From positions 1-64,000 of the forward strand of contig CAWBOC010000013.1 in the NCBI GenBank assembly GCA_963790305.1: 64,000 nt of DNA, in the 5' to 3' direction. The position numbers and the translations under genes are program-made. Under the pieces are notes generated by a model. It saw nothing but the letters and a program-made list of their open reading frames with translations, was not told the origin of the DNA and made no database searches. The DNA comes from an uncultured Gemmatimonadaceae bacterium (GTDB lineage: Bacteria > Gemmatimonadota > Gemmatimonadetes > Gemmatimonadales > Gemmatimonadaceae). How positions within the stretch are numbered: position 1 is the stretch's first letter; each line of letters opens with the position of its first letter. Below are positions 21,764 through 33,444 of the stretch, in pieces.

Positions 21764-24433
21764 ATGAGCACTCTCGGTCCGTTCGACGTACACGTCGTCT
21801 CTCATACGCATTGGGACCGGGAATGGTATCTGTCGTTCCCTCGCTTCCGGCAGCGACTCGTGGCGTTGGTCGATGAGCTGCTCGACGCTCCGCTGGAGCG
21901 TTCGGCGTTTCTTCTCGATGGGCAAGCGATCCTGCTCAATGACTACCTCACTGTACGCCCCGATCGCGAGCGAGAGCTTGGCGCCGCGCTGGCGCGAGGC
22001 GCGATCGAGGCGGGTCCCTGGTACGTGCTCGCCGACGAGCTGCTCACATCGGGAGAGGCGCTCGTCCGAAATCTTCTGGCCGGACGTCGTGCCGTGCGCG
22101 CGCTCGGGGGCGAGCCGCTCGACGTGCTGTACTGCCCCGACTCGTTCGGGCATCCCTCCGACCTTCCAACGCTGGCGGAAGGTTTCGGGCTCCCGCTCAT
22201 CATCCTCTGGCGAGGGCTGGGTGGACCGGTATGGCCGGAAGGCGACGCGTTTGCCTGGCGCGCACCCGGCGGCGCGCGGGTGCTCCTGCACCATCTTCCG
22301 CCATCCGGCTACGAATACGGAGCGAATCTTCCCGCCGATGAAGCGCGCGCGCGGGAGCGATGGCGCGGGATGCGCGAAGTGCTCGCGAGTCGCGCGCGCA
22401 CGAGCGCGCTGCTCGTGCTCAACGGGGCGGATCATCACGCTCGTCAATCGCGACTGAATGACGCGATCTCCGCGCTCTCGCGCGTAGCGCCGCCGGATCG
22501 GGTGCGCGCGAGCACGCTCAGCGCTTTCACGGCCGCGTTCGTCGAGGGCGCGGCCGTCGAGCAGCTTCCCGAAATCGAAGGCGAGCTCCGTTTCTCTCCC
22601 GGATACACGTGGACGGTTCCAGGTACGTGGTCGTCTCGAGGCTATCAGAAGCGGCGTAACGCCCGTATCGAGCGGTTGCTCACTCGTGAGGCAGAGGTCT
22701 GGGCGGCCATTGCCGCTGCCCGAGGAGCACGCCCCCGAGGCCCGCTGTTGCACGCGGCGTGGCGCACCCTGCTCGAGTGCCACCCCCACGATACTCTGTG
22801 CGGATGCTCAGAGGACGCCGTCGCCAGGGCCGCCGACGAGCGGCTTTCGTCAGCAGCTGTCGAGGCACGCGGGATCGCCGAAGATGCCGTGCTCGACGTC
22901 ATGAGGCATGATGCGGCCGAGGCGCACGTGTCGCCGACGTGGTCGTCGTACGTTCTGGCGCGCAATGCGGCCGCGCGGGCGCGTGGAGGCGTGGCCGAGG
23001 TCGAGATCACGCGAGTGATCGCTCCCGAGCCCGTCGGCCCCGGTTCGGCGGGAGTGCCGGTCGAGGAGCGACAGCTCGCACGTCCCACGCTCGAAGGGGG
23101 AAGCATTCCTCTCCAGATCCTCGACCGGCGCACCCGGTCCGATCGGATCGAATCGCCGCGACACTATCCACGCAACGATCGCGTCGAAGTAGCGCGCTGC
23201 GTGGCCTGGATCGATACGGTACCCGGCTACGGAATCGCGCCTGTGCAAGTCGATGATCCTCCGGTGCTGAAGACTGCGGAGCGACTGCCGGTGAATCCTG
23301 TGCGGGCGACGGAGGGCTCGCTCGACAACGGCATTCTGCGGCTGGAGCCCGAGGATGGCGGTGCGCTCCGGCTCCAGTCCCTACTTCGGGGTCACACGTG
23401 GCGTCAGCTCATTCGATTCGAGGATGTCGGCGACGCGGGTGACCTGTATACACACTCACCGATTCGGCCGACCGTTCACGAGGCGCGCCTCATCGAGGCG
23501 AGGGTAACCCACGACGGGCCGCTGCGCGCCCAGCTGCGCCTGCGCTTTGCGCTCGATCTCCCGGTCTCATCAACGCGTGAAGGTCGGTCACGCCAGGTCA
23601 GACGGAACGACATTGCCGTCATACTCACTCTCAATGCGGGCGCTCCGTTCGTGCGCGTCGGCGTACACGGCGTGAACCGCGTGCGCGATCACCGGCTGCG
23701 CATCGTTTTCGCGACCGACGTGCGCGAGGGAGTCACCCTCGCTGATGGCATGTTCGGGCCCGTCGCCCGAGCGTCACGCGTGCAACCGCCCGAGACGCTA
23801 TCGATGGAGCTCGTGCCAGCGACGGCGCCGCTCGCGCGTTGGGTCTCGCGCAAGGGCGCGTCATATGGACTGGCGATTATCTCTGATGGGCTTGGGGAGT
23901 ACGAAGTGCTGGACGACGGCGCGATCGCCGTGACGTTGGTACGAGCGGTCGGAGCGCTATCCAGAAACGACCTCCCGGAGCGCCCCGGGCACGCAGGCTG
24001 GCCCGTTCCGACTCCCGGGGCGCAGTGCATTGGACGCTATCGCGGCGAGTTCGCACTGTTCCCTCATGGAGTGGACGATGACGTCATCGGCGACATCGAG
24101 CGCGCCGCGGACGATGTCCTCCTCCCCTTGCGGGGGTGGACGTTACGGTCGGCCATACGCCCGCTGGAACCGGTCGCGGGACTGACGCTGGAGGGGGACG
24201 GACTCCGCTTCCTCGCCTGCAAGCCGAGCGAGAACGGTGCATGGACGGTCCTTCGCTGCGTGAACGTCACGTCCCGACCCGCGACCGGGTCATGGCGCTG
24301 CGCGTGGGCTCTGCGCGAAGCGAGGCGCGCTCGCCTCGACGAGACCCCTGGCGAAGCACTCCGGGTGCGCGACGGGGGGGCCGTGGACATTCAGCTGGGA
24401 CCGCTGGCCGTCGCGACCCTCCTCGTTCGTTAG
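21764..24433 (+). CDS. Glycoside hydrolase family 38 (alpha-mannosidase / mannosylglycerate hydrolase-like)
   Basis: SHTHWDREWY, FLLDGQ, GPWYVLADE, PDSFGH, NGADH, HPHDTLCGCS and DAGDLY motifs. Confidence 0.92.
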   Translation: MSTLGPFDVHVVSHTHWDREWYLSFPRFRQRLVALVDELLDAPLERSAFLLDGQAILLNDYLTVRPDRERELGAALARGAIEAGPWYVLADELLTSGEALVRNLLAGRRAVRALGGEPLDVLYCPDSFGHPSDLPTLAEGFGLPLIILWRGLGGPVWPEGDAFAWRAPGGARVLLHHLPPSGYEYGANLPADEARARERWRGMREVLASRARTSALLVLNGADHHARQSRLNDAISALSRVAPPDRVRASTLSAFTAAFVEGAAVEQLPEIEGELRFSPGYTWTVPGTWSSRGYQKRRNARIERLLTREAEVWAAIAAARGARPRGPLLHAAWRTLLECHPHDTLCGCSEDAVARAADERLSSAAVEARGIAEDAVLDVMRHDAAEAHVSPTWSSYVLARNAAARARGGVAEVEITRVIAPEPVGPGSAGVPVEERQLARPTLEGGSIPLQILDRRTRSDRIESPRHYPRNDRVEVARCVAWIDTVPGYGIAPVQVDDPPVLKTAERLPVNPVRATEGSLDNGILRLEPEDGGALRLQSLLRGHTWRQLIRFEDVGDAGDLYTHSPIRPTVHEARLIEARVTHDGPLRAQLRLRFALDLPVSSTREGRSRQVRRNDIAVILTLNAGAPFVRVGVHGVNRVRDHRLRIVFATDVREGVTLADGMFGPVARASRVQPPETLSMELVPATAPLARWVSRKGASYGLAIISDGLGEYEVLDDGAIAVTLVRAVGALSRNDLPERPGHAGWPVPTPGAQCIGRYRGEFALFPHGVDDDVIGDIERAADDVLLPLRGWTLRSAIRPLEPVAGLTLEGDGLRFLACKPSENGAWTVLRCVNVTSRPATGSWRCAWALREARRARLDETPGEALRVRDGGAVDIQLGPLAVATLLVR

Positions 24434-25287
24434 GCCCGATCGCGCAGCGTCGCCACGCTCTCACCGGCCATCCGGTCCCGTAGTGCGTCACCGAGGAAGG
24501 TCGAGGCGACGACCGTGATGATCAGCGCCAGGCCGGGCGCCAGGGCGACCCAGGGGGCGATCACGATCGCATCGCGACCATCGGCGATCATGTTCCCCCA
24601 GCTCGGCTGCGGCGGCTGGACGCCCAGTCCGAGAAACGACAGGCCGCTCTCGAGGAGGATGGCGCCTCCCACCCCGAGCGTGATGGCGACGATCGCCGAG
24701 CCGAGCGCGTTAGGCATGACGTGTCGCCAGAGGACGCGGGATGGTTTCGCTCCGAGGGCAGCCGCGCCTTCCACGAAGGGGCGCGTGCGGATGCCGAGGA
24801 CCTCGGCGCGCACGAGCCGTGCGACCGCCATCCACCCCGTCGCGACGAGAACCGCGACGACGGTCAGGGTGCCGGGGCGCCAGAGCGCGGCGCAAACGAG
24901 CAGCAGGATCAACCGTGGTATCGCGAGAAGCGCGTCCGCGGCGCCCATGAGGAGTCTGTCAGTGAGGCCGCCGCGCCACGCGGAGAGCGCGCCAACCGCG
25001 ATGCCGACGCCGCCAGCCAGGAGTGATCCCAGGATGCCGATGACGAGGGAGATACGCGCCGCCAACATCGTGCGTGCAAAGATGTCGCGGCCGAAGCGGT
25101 CGGTGCCGAGCAGGTGAAACCCACCATCGACGTCCGTCGTGAACGGTGGCAGAAACCGCTGAGCGACGACGTCCCCCATCGTTCGAGGGTCGTCCGCGGC
25201 AAGGAGCGGCACCGCAACCGCTCCAACCGCAAGGAGGAGGATCAGCAGCAGAGGCACCGCGACATTGCGGCGGGGAAGCGGCATCAC
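24430..25287 (-). CDS. Peptide/nickel ABC transporter permease (DppC/OppC-like)
   Basis: LLGTDRFGRD, EAA-loop FVEGAAALGA and ESGLSFLGLGVQPPQPSWG motifs. Confidence 0.92.
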   Translation of the reverse strand: MMPLPRRNVAVPLLLILLLAVGAVAVPLLAADDPRTMGDVVAQRFLPPFTTDVDGGFHLLGTDRFGRDIFARTMLAARISLVIGILGSLLAGGVGIAVGALSAWRGGLTDRLLMGAADALLAIPRLILLLVCAALWRPGTLTVVAVLVATGWMAVARLVRAEVLGIRTRPFVEGAAALGAKPSRVLWRHVMPNALGSAIVAITLGVGGAILLESGLSFLGLGVQPPQPSWGNMIADGRDAIVIAPWVALAPGLALIITVVASTFLGDALRDRMAGESVATLRDRA

Positions 25288-26264
25288 GCGCGCCGTCGCG
25301 GATCGAGCATCGGAAGCGCAAGATCGGCGGCGAGATTCGCGAGGATCACGGCCGCGGAATAGACCGCGGTCGCGCCGAGGATCACGGGATAGTCACGAGC
25401 AGCCACCGCAGCCAGGGTCACCCGTCCCATACCGGGCCATGCAAATACGCCCTCGACGAATACCGAGCCCGCAAGCAGGCCGGGAATGGCGAGGGCGAGC
25501 AGCACCACGAGCGGCGGCCACGCATTCGCGAGCACGTGACGCAGGTACACCCGGCCTCGCGTGACACCCTTCGCACGCGCCGTGCGCACGAAATCCTGGG
25601 AGATCAGGTCGGCGGTAATCGTTCGCGCGTAGCGCGCGATTCCGGCCGCGCCGATCGCCGCGAGCGTGAGGACCGGCAGCACCGCGTGACGCGCGAGATC
25701 GGCGATTGCGGCGAGCCCCGTTGCGTCAGACGCGGGATCTCGCATACCGAACGCTGGAAGTCGAAGCGAGGCCGGGAACCCCCAGTGCGCCGCGCCGTAC
25801 GTGAACGTCGCTATGAGCGCGAGCGCCAGCCAAAAGCTGGGCGCCGCGTACACGGTTGTCGTCGCGATCGTCAACACCCGATCGGAACGCGTACCGCGCC
25901 GCGCCGCCTGATACATTCCGACGGCGATGCCGAGTATGAACGTGAGCGCCAGCGATACCGCGCCGAGTCCCGCCGATACCGGAATGGCCTCGGCGAGCAC
26001 GGTGCGGACCGGAGCACGGCGGGTGAAGCTCTCTCCGAGATCGCCCTTGATCAGCCGGGCGGCCCACCGTGCATATTGTATCGCGAGTGGCGCATCGAGT
26101 CCGAGCTCGGCGCGAAGGCGCGCCTGATCTTCTGCGCTCGCGCCCGGCGGAACGAGCAGCGTGGTGGGATCACCAGGCGCCGCGCGCGCGAGGAGAAACG
26201 TGATGGTGAGCACGATCCAGAAGAGGATGACGCTGCCCCCGAGGCGGCTCACGACGTTGCGCAT
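25284..26264 (-). CDS. Peptide/nickel ABC transporter permease (DppB/OppB-like)
   Basis: PGDP, GDLGES, DFVRTARAKG, EGVFAWPGMG, RDYPV and LDPR motifs. Confidence 0.92.
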   Translation of the reverse strand: MRNVVSRLGGSVILFWIVLTITFLLARAAPGDPTTLLVPPGASAEDQARLRAELGLDAPLAIQYARWAARLIKGDLGESFTRRAPVRTVLAEAIPVSAGLGAVSLALTFILGIAVGMYQAARRGTRSDRVLTIATTTVYAAPSFWLALALIATFTYGAAHWGFPASLRLPAFGMRDPASDATGLAAIADLARHAVLPVLTLAAIGAAGIARYARTITADLISQDFVRTARAKGVTRGRVYLRHVLANAWPPLVVLLALAIPGLLAGSVFVEGVFAWPGMGRVTLAAVAARDYPVILGATAVYSAAVILANLAADLALPMLDPRRRA

Positions 26265-26270
26265 GACGTG

Positions 26271-27840
26271 ATGATGCCGGTGAGGGGAAGCACGTCAACC
26301 ATCCTGCTTGCGGCGGCGTTGCTGGCGTGCGGGCAACCCGAGCGGCGAGCCGAGACCGTCGTGATCGCGTCGGGCGCCGATCTCGAGTCGGCGAATCCGC
26401 TGATCACCCTGCATCCGATGGCGCGCCAGATCCAGCGCTATGCGCTGTTCGTGACGCTCGCCCGGTATGATGATGCGCTCCAGCCGGCTCCATATCTGGC
26501 ACGGGCGTGGGCGTGGTCCGCCGATCGGCGTCGCCTCCGCCTGCAGCTGGCGACCGGCGTGCGTTGGCACGACGGGCACCCGACCACCGCGCGCGATGTG
26601 CGATTCACCCTCGAAGCCGTGCGCGATGCGGAGACGGGCTCACCACGATTCGCGGAGCTCGCCGACGTCGACGGAGTCGAGGCACCCGATGACTCGACGG
26701 TAGTCATTCGCTTCGCGCGTGCGCAATCGGCCTTTCCCCTCGTGCTGTGCGAGCAGCCGATCGCGCCCGCGCACCTGCTCGAGGGAGTGCCGCGCTCGGA
26801 GCTCCGCCGCGCGACGTTCGGCGACCGGCCGACGGGCAACGGGCCCTTCCGGTTCGTGGACCGGCGAGCTGGCCAGCGGTGGACGTTCGTCCGCAACGCC
26901 GACTTCGTCCCGTCGTTAGGTGGGCCACCGATGATCGAGCGGCTCGTCGTCGCGGTCGTGGACGAAGCCTCGACGAAGTTTGCCGGCCTCGTCAGCCACG
27001 AGCTCGATATGGCCGGAATTTCGCCATCGATGGCCGACGTCGCGGCGACCGATCCGGCGCTTCGTGTCGTCGATTATCCCGTCCTGGTGGCGTATGGCCT
27101 CGTGTTCAACTCGAGCCGGCCCCCCTTCAACGATCCGCGTGTACGGCGCGCCATCGCGGTGGCGATCGATCGCGACCGAATCATCGACGCCGCCCTGGCC
27201 GGCTTCGCGACGCCGGCGGCTGGTCCCGTGTCGCCCGATCACCCGTCGGCTCTGCCCGACCTGGTCCACCGAGACACCGTGATGGCCGCCGCACTGCTGG
27301 ACAGTGCCGGCTGGATTCGCCGTGGCGACGATCCGCGCACGCGGGATGGCATACCCTTGAGGTTCGAGCTGCTCACGGTGGGGAGCGCGGACAACGCCGC
27401 CGAACAGCTCATCCAGGCCGACCTTGCGGCCCTCGGCATCCGGCTGGAGATCCGACAGCGCGAGATGGGCGCGTTCCTCGCCGAGGCGCGCGCTCGCGAC
27501 AAGCGCTTCGACGCGCTGCTCACTGGAGTGCCCGGGCGACCTCTCGCTCGCCTATCTCACGTCGATGTTCGATTCACGGCTCGCTGGAGGGGCGCTCGAC
27601 TACGCCGGGTTTCACACCGCGCGTCTCGACGCCCTGCTCGCCGCCGCGCGCGTGGCGGAGGATGATCATCAGCGGCGAGCGGCCTGGCACGAGGTGCAGC
27701 GTGAGCTCTCCCGGGAGATGCCGGTCGCCTGGCTGTATCATGCGCGCGGGTTGCAGGGCATGTCGCGTCGGTTGCAGGGCGTGCGCATGGACCTTCGCGG
27801 AGAGCTCGCCACGCTCGTGCAGTGGAGAGTGCAGCCGTGA
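26271..27840 (+). CDS. ABC transporter family-5 substrate-binding lipoprotein (frameshift near 27536)
   Basis: LLAC lipobox; WHDGHPTTARDV, GNGPF and FNDPRVRRAIA motifs; C-terminus in ORF 27424-27840. Confidence 0.88.
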
Positions 27841-30567
27841 CGCTTCTCATCAATGCGGTGGGGCTCGACAACCGTCGCGGTATCGCGGCCGGTGCGCTCG
27901 CACCACTCACGGCGTCCCTTCGCGCGGATCTCGATCGCCTTCTTCGCGAAGGATTCGAGGTGCCTCACGAGAAGGCGCTTCTTTCGAGGGACGGGGGACG
28001 CTGCGAACGAGACGGCTCACTGTTGAGATTCGATCCGTATTCGCCACGAACCCACGCGTGCCCCCGGTGCGGATCGGTGTACGCCCGTGAGCGCGACTAC
28101 CTCTGGTGGGTGACCTCTTATCAGCTCTGGCTCGCGGAGCGTGCCGTGCACGCGGCGACGCTGCATGCGCTCACCGGGGAGACGACCCTGATTGACCTCG
28201 CGAGCCAGATCCTCGAGACGTATGCCGAGCGATATCTGAGCTATCCCAACCGCGACAACGCGCTCGGGCCGACACGGCTGTTCTTTAGCACCTACCTCGA
28301 GTCCATCTGGCTGCTGCAGATCTGTGTCGCTCTCTCACTCCTCGAATTGACGGGAACGGGGAAACTCGGCGCCCGCGTTCGCGAGCGGATCGTGGAGCCA
28401 AGCGCCCGGTTGATCGCCTCGTTCGACGAGGGTGCCTCCAATCGCCAGGTGTGGAACGCGGCGGCGCTGCTCGCCTCGGCGCGTCTGCTCGATGACTCCG
28501 CGCTTTCGGAACGCGCCATTCTTGGTCCCTCGGGGATCGCCGAGGTCGCTCGCGGCCTGCTTCCCGATGGATCGTGGTACGAGGGAGAGAACTATCATGT
28601 CTTCGCGCACCGAGGGCTCTGGTACGGCGTAACCATCGCCGAGGCAATGGGCTGTCCACTGCCACGCGATCTCGTAAGGCGGTTCGAGGAGGGGTTCGCG
28701 TTGCCACTGCTCACGGCCCTGCCAGACCTCACGATTCCAGCGCGACGCGACTCCCAATACGCGATCTCGCTGCGGCAATGGCGGTTTGCGGAAAGCTTCG
28801 AGCTCGGGCTCGGTCGGCGTGAAGACCCGCGCCTCTCGGCGGCGCTCGACCGGTTGTACGGCGATGCGACGCCCCGCCGCGACACGGGACGGTGGCGGAG
28901 CGCCGCGGACACGCAGCCTCACGAGGAGGCGTCGTCGCTCACCCGGGCCGACCTCGGATGGCGTGGGCTGTTGTTTGCGCGTCCCAGCCTCCCTTCCGCA
29001 CCGGCACTTGCCGACAGATCAGTGCTCCTCGAGGCGCAGGGGCTCGCCGTTTTTCGGCGCAATGGCGGGCGCACCTACGTAGCGCTCGACTACGGCCACA
29101 CCGGCGGAGGACACGGACACCCTGATCGCCTCAACGTACTGTTCGCGCGCGGTGAGGATCGCATTCTCGACGATTACGGCACGGGCTCCTACGTGGACCC
29201 CTCGCTTCATTGGTATCGGTCGACTCTCGCGCACAACGCCCCGTTCTTCGATGGGGTGTCTCAGCGCCGGGCCTCGGGCAGGCTCCTCGCACACGAGGAG
29301 CGAGGCGCCGCGGGCTGGATTGCCGCCGAGGTGCCCATCGACGGTCTCGCGCACAATGTGCAGGCGCGCCGTTCGATCATCGTAATGACCGATTATCTCC
29401 TCGACCGTTTCGAGTGGACCAGCCGCGGTGACGTCTCCGCGTTTCTTCCCATTCACGTCCCGGCAGATATTCCCGATCTCGCGTTCGTCAGCGCGCCGAT
29501 ACATGGGGGCGGCGCCGCCGATGATGGGTTCACCTACCTGCACGACAGCGAGCGTGCCGAAGTCCCTCCCGGCACCGTCGTGCATTTACGGCATCGCGAC
29601 GCCGAGCATGTGAACGGCTGGGTAGCGCCCAGTGCCCGCGCACAGTGGTGGCGAGCCATTGCGCCCGGGCCGCCCGCCTCTCCGGAGCGTCAGCTCTCAC
29701 TGCTGGAGGCGCGAGCGCGCGAGGGCAGCATAACGAGTGTCTGGAGCTGGGGTAGCGCGGTTACCGGCCTGAGCCTGGAGGGGGCGATCACGGTTCACCG
29801 CGGCGATCGCGAGCGGCATGAGCACCGACGGGTGGAAGGGGGATGGTCGGTGACCCTGCACGCCGGCGGCGCCCGCAGCTCGATCGACCTGGGCGGAATG
29901 CGCTCAGCCGAATCCGGGTCGGCAGGTGGCGCTCCGCCACCGCGTGGTATCGCGTCCGCGCAACCGCTTCGTCTACGCCCCACGCACGGACCGCTCAGCT
30001 TCGAGCTTGGTCGGAGCGCGTACCGCCGATCGGAGGAGAGTTGGCAGGAGGCCGGGGCTCCTCACGCGGAGATCGCACTCAGCGCGACGCAGCAGTATCT
30101 CGTGATCGAGGTGGTGGTGGGGAAGTCCGAGCTCATCTTCCGCGCTGCCGATGCCATCGATCCCGCGCTCGACAATGAACATCCCGACATCCACAGTGAT
30201 GGCGTCCAGCTCTATCTCGTTGCGCGAGGCTGGGACCGTCCCGCGGCGTGGCTGGTGGTGCCCGAGCAACCACAACCGCGCGTACGTACCCACGTCGTCA
30301 ATGGTGCGCGCCGCGACATCCCGCTCACCGCTGGATGGACCCGCGAGCCTCGCGGCTACTCCATGCGATTCGAGGTTCCGCTCAATGCGTTTGGATCTGA
30401 CCGTGAGCTCCCGATCGCGATCGACGTGATCGTGAACGAGAATGGCCGCCGGCCGCGTGCGCCGTCGCGGACAGCTCGCGCTGAGTGGCGGCGGAGACTG
30501 GATATACCTTCAGGGCGACCGGCAGTCTCCCGCGCGCTTTCTTCCCGTGGTCGTCGAGCGTGTCTGA
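27837..30567 (+). CDS. Heparinase II/III-like (polysaccharide lyase-type) multidomain protein (frameshift near 30443)
   Basis: SNRQVW, DGSWYEGENYH, GGHGHPDRL, DYGTGSY and WYRSTLAHN motifs; N-terminal Cys cluster; corrected end ...LQGDRQSPARFLPVVVERV-TGA. Confidence 0.8.
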
Positions 30568-31306
30568 TCCGCTCGCGCGCGTGCGGGTCGTGCTCCACGA
30601 GCCGCAGGATCCGGTGAACATCGCGGCCGTGGTGCGCGCGATGAAGAACATGGGCCTGCGTTCGCTCACCCTCGTTCGCCCGGGCGAATACGACGCGTCC
30701 CGGATCCACTTCGTCGCGCACGACAGTGAAGACATCGTCGCCGGTATTCGACACTGCGACACCGTGGACGAGGCACTCGAAGGCTGCGTCCACGTCGCCG
30801 CGTACACCGCACGCCATCGCGCGGCCAAGCGACGCGTCGCGGACCCTCGAACCGCCGCGGAAGGGCTGGTGGGGTTTGCCGCCGAGGGAGACGTCGCGCT
30901 CCTGTTCGGCCGGGAGGATCGCGGACTCGACAACGAGGCTCTGGATCGAGCGCACGTCGTGGTGACGATTCCGACCACTGACTACGCCTCGCTCAATCTG
31001 GCTCAGGCCGCGCTCATCGCCATGTACGAGCTCCGCCTCGCCGCTCCCGAGCACACACGGCCGCGGCGCGCTCCGCGCAAGGACGCCCCGCCGGCGACGA
31101 GCGAACAGTTCGAGCGGCTCTTCGCCGACATCGAGCGCGCGCTCGACGCCATCGATTTTTTCAAGACGCGGAACGGAGATCTGGTGATGCGATCCTTCCG
31201 CTCGCTCACCTTTCGTGCGGCGCCCGATGCGCGCGAGATCGAGCTGCTGCGTGCGATGGCGATCGAGGTGTCGCGATCGCTCGAGCGCGCCCAGCGGCGA
31301 CCTTGA
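30560..31306 (+). CDS. SPOUT RNA methyltransferase, TrmJ/LasT family
   Basis: NIAAVVRAMKNMG, LFGREDRGL and SLNLAQA motifs. Confidence 0.9.
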   Translation: MSDPLARVRVVLHEPQDPVNIAAVVRAMKNMGLRSLTLVRPGEYDASRIHFVAHDSEDIVAGIRHCDTVDEALEGCVHVAAYTARHRAAKRRVADPRTAAEGLVGFAAEGDVALLFGREDRGLDNEALDRAHVVVTIPTTDYASLNLAQAALIAMYELRLAAPEHTRPRRAPRKDAPPATSEQFERLFADIERALDAIDFFKTRNGDLVMRSFRSLTFRAAPDAREIELLRAMAIEVSRSLERAQRRP

Positions 31307-31340
31307 CGGTCGTGGCAGCCGCCGCGTTCTTGTAGTCGCG

Positions 31341-32558
31341 ATGGCCATCCTCGACTTCGATCGATCCGACGAGAACGTGTGGCGCCCCAGGGCCGCCGCG
31401 ATCATTCCCGGCGGCGCTTCCACCGGGAGCAAGCGCCCGGAGGCGCTGTTCGGCGAACGCGTCGGCGAGCTGCCGACACATTTCACGCGTGCGCGCGGCT
31501 GCCGCATCGAGACCGCCGAGGGGCGCGAGCTGATCGACTGCACCATGGCGCTCGGCGCCGTCGCACTCGGCTACGGCGACGACGTCGTCACGCAGGCCGT
31601 ACTCGAGGCGGCGAGCAACGGGAACGTGTGCGGCCTCTCGCCCGCGATGGAGATCGACGTCGCGGAGCGACTCGCCGAGCTCGTCCCATGCGCGGAGCAG
31701 GTGCGCTTCCTCAAGACGGGTGCAGAAGGCGTCGCGGCCGCGGTGCGAATCGCCCGCGCGCACACTGGTCGCCCCGTTGTCATCGCTTGCGGCTATTTCG
31801 GCTGGCTCGATTGGTCGAGCGACGCCAGTGGCGTGCCGGAGAGCGTGCGGGCCGACATCGTCCGTGTGCCTTACGACGACGTCGATGCGCTCGACACAGC
31901 CGCCAAACACGTCGGTAGTCGGCTCGCGGCGATCGTCATCGAGCCGGTGATCGAGCGCCTTCCGTCAGTCGAGTGGATCGCGGAGGCGCGGCGCGCCTGC
32001 GATGAATCGGGCGCCGTGCTGATCTTCGACGAGATCAAGACCGGATTCCGACTCAAGCCGGGCGGGTATCAGGAGCTGGTGGATGTCATGCCCGACCTCG
32101 CCGTCTTCGGAAAAGCGCTGGCCAACGGATACCCGCTGTCCGCGGTGGTGGGCCGCGAGTCCATCATGCGCGCCGCCAGCGATACCTGGATCTCCTCGAC
32201 GCTGGCGAGCGAGACGGTGGCCCTGGCCGCAGCGCGAGCCGTCATCGAGTGGCATGCCCGGGCCGAGGTGTGCGAATCGCTGGGCGAGGTCGGTGCGGAA
32301 ATGCGAGCGGCAGTCGATCGAGCGATTATCGCCAGTCGCATCAATGGCGTCCGAGTCGATGGCCTCGATCACATGTGGCTCATACGCTTTGATTCCCCTG
32401 CACGCGAGAGCCGGTTCCTCGAGCTCGCCGTCGAGGCCGGCGTGCTGTTCAAGCGGGGCGCCTACGATTTCCCGTCGCTGGCGCACGATGAGGAAGCGAT
32501 CGCGGAGATCGAGAGCGCCGCCAGCTCGGCGCTCGTGCGGCTTCGCGACGAGGAGTGA
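31341..32558 (+). CDS. Class III PLP aminotransferase (glutamate-1-semialdehyde aminomutase-like)
   Basis: IPGGASTGSKRP, LIFDEIKTGFR, FGKALANGYP and SSTLASE motifs. Confidence 0.88.
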   Translation: MAILDFDRSDENVWRPRAAAIIPGGASTGSKRPEALFGERVGELPTHFTRARGCRIETAEGRELIDCTMALGAVALGYGDDVVTQAVLEAASNGNVCGLSPAMEIDVAERLAELVPCAEQVRFLKTGAEGVAAAVRIARAHTGRPVVIACGYFGWLDWSSDASGVPESVRADIVRVPYDDVDALDTAAKHVGSRLAAIVIEPVIERLPSVEWIAEARRACDESGAVLIFDEIKTGFRLKPGGYQELVDVMPDLAVFGKALANGYPLSAVVGRESIMRAASDTWISSTLASETVALAAARAVIEWHARAEVCESLGEVGAEMRAAVDRAIIASRINGVRVDGLDHMWLIRFDSPARESRFLELAVEAGVLFKRGAYDFPSLAHDEEAIAEIESAASSALVRLRDEE

Positions 32559-32565
32559 TCGCTGC

Positions 32566-33444
32566 GTGACGGACCAGCCGTTGGCGGGGCGTGACCCGCT
32601 CATCGAGGTCCACGCCCACTTTCTGCACTCGCGGTGTGGTCGCAGGGATTGGCGGGAGCGCAACGCCTCGCGGCTGCGCGCGGGTGAGCGCATCGGCATC
32701 ACCGTCCACGTTGCCTCCATTCTCGGCTCGTGGGGACACACCTCGCCCATCTACTTCCCATCGCCGCCCGATGTGTCGCTCGGCAACGACGAGATGCTGG
32801 CACTGCAACAGCGGGAGGGCGACCGCGTTCGGAGTTACGTGACGGTGAATCCCAACGACACCGAGCACGCGCTGGCTGAAATCGGACGGTGTCTCACCCA
32901 GGGCGCCATCGGCATCAAGCTCGCGGCGAGTCGCCGGGCAGATGATCCTCTGCTGGATCCGATCGCCGAGGAAGCTGCACGTCGCGGCGTGCCGGTGCTT
33001 CAGCACGTTTGGCAGCACCGCCGCCGGGACTGGCCGGGGCAGGAGGCGTCAGACGGGATGGAGCTGGCGCGACTCGCCATCCGGCACCCCGGCGTGTCGT
33101 TCATTCTCGCCCACATCGGCGGGGGAGGGGACTGGCAGCACACGCTTCCGGCGCTCGCCAATGTGCCTAACGTGTACGTCGACCTGTCCGGGAGCGGGGT
33201 GGATCGTGGGATGCTGGACCGGACCGTCGCCGCCGTCGGCGCGTCACGAATGCTCTGGGGCTCCGATCTCACGATGGAGACCGGGCTCGCGAAGCTGTGG
33301 GCGCTCGAGGTGATCGGTCTCTCCTCGCAGGACCTCGCCGCGATCCGATGGCGCAACGCCGCGAGAATTTTCCCGGTGGGCAGCTTTCCGGCGATCGAGA
33401 GCGCCGACGCGGCGGCGCGCCGCACACCGGCGAGGGCGTCGTGA
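32566..33444 (+). CDS. Amidohydrolase 2 family protein
   Basis: IEVHAH, GIKL, ILAHIGGGG, VYVDLSG and LWGSD motifs. Confidence 0.85.
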   Translation: MTDQPLAGRDPLIEVHAHFLHSRCGRRDWRERNASRLRAGERIGITVHVASILGSWGHTSPIYFPSPPDVSLGNDEMLALQQREGDRVRSYVTVNPNDTEHALAEIGRCLTQGAIGIKLAASRRADDPLLDPIAEEAARRGVPVLQHVWQHRRRDWPGQEASDGMELARLAIRHPGVSFILAHIGGGGDWQHTLPALANVPNVYVDLSGSGVDRGMLDRTVAAVGASRMLWGSDLTMETGLAKLWALEVIGLSSQDLAAIRWRNAARIFPVGSFPAIESADAAARRTPARAS

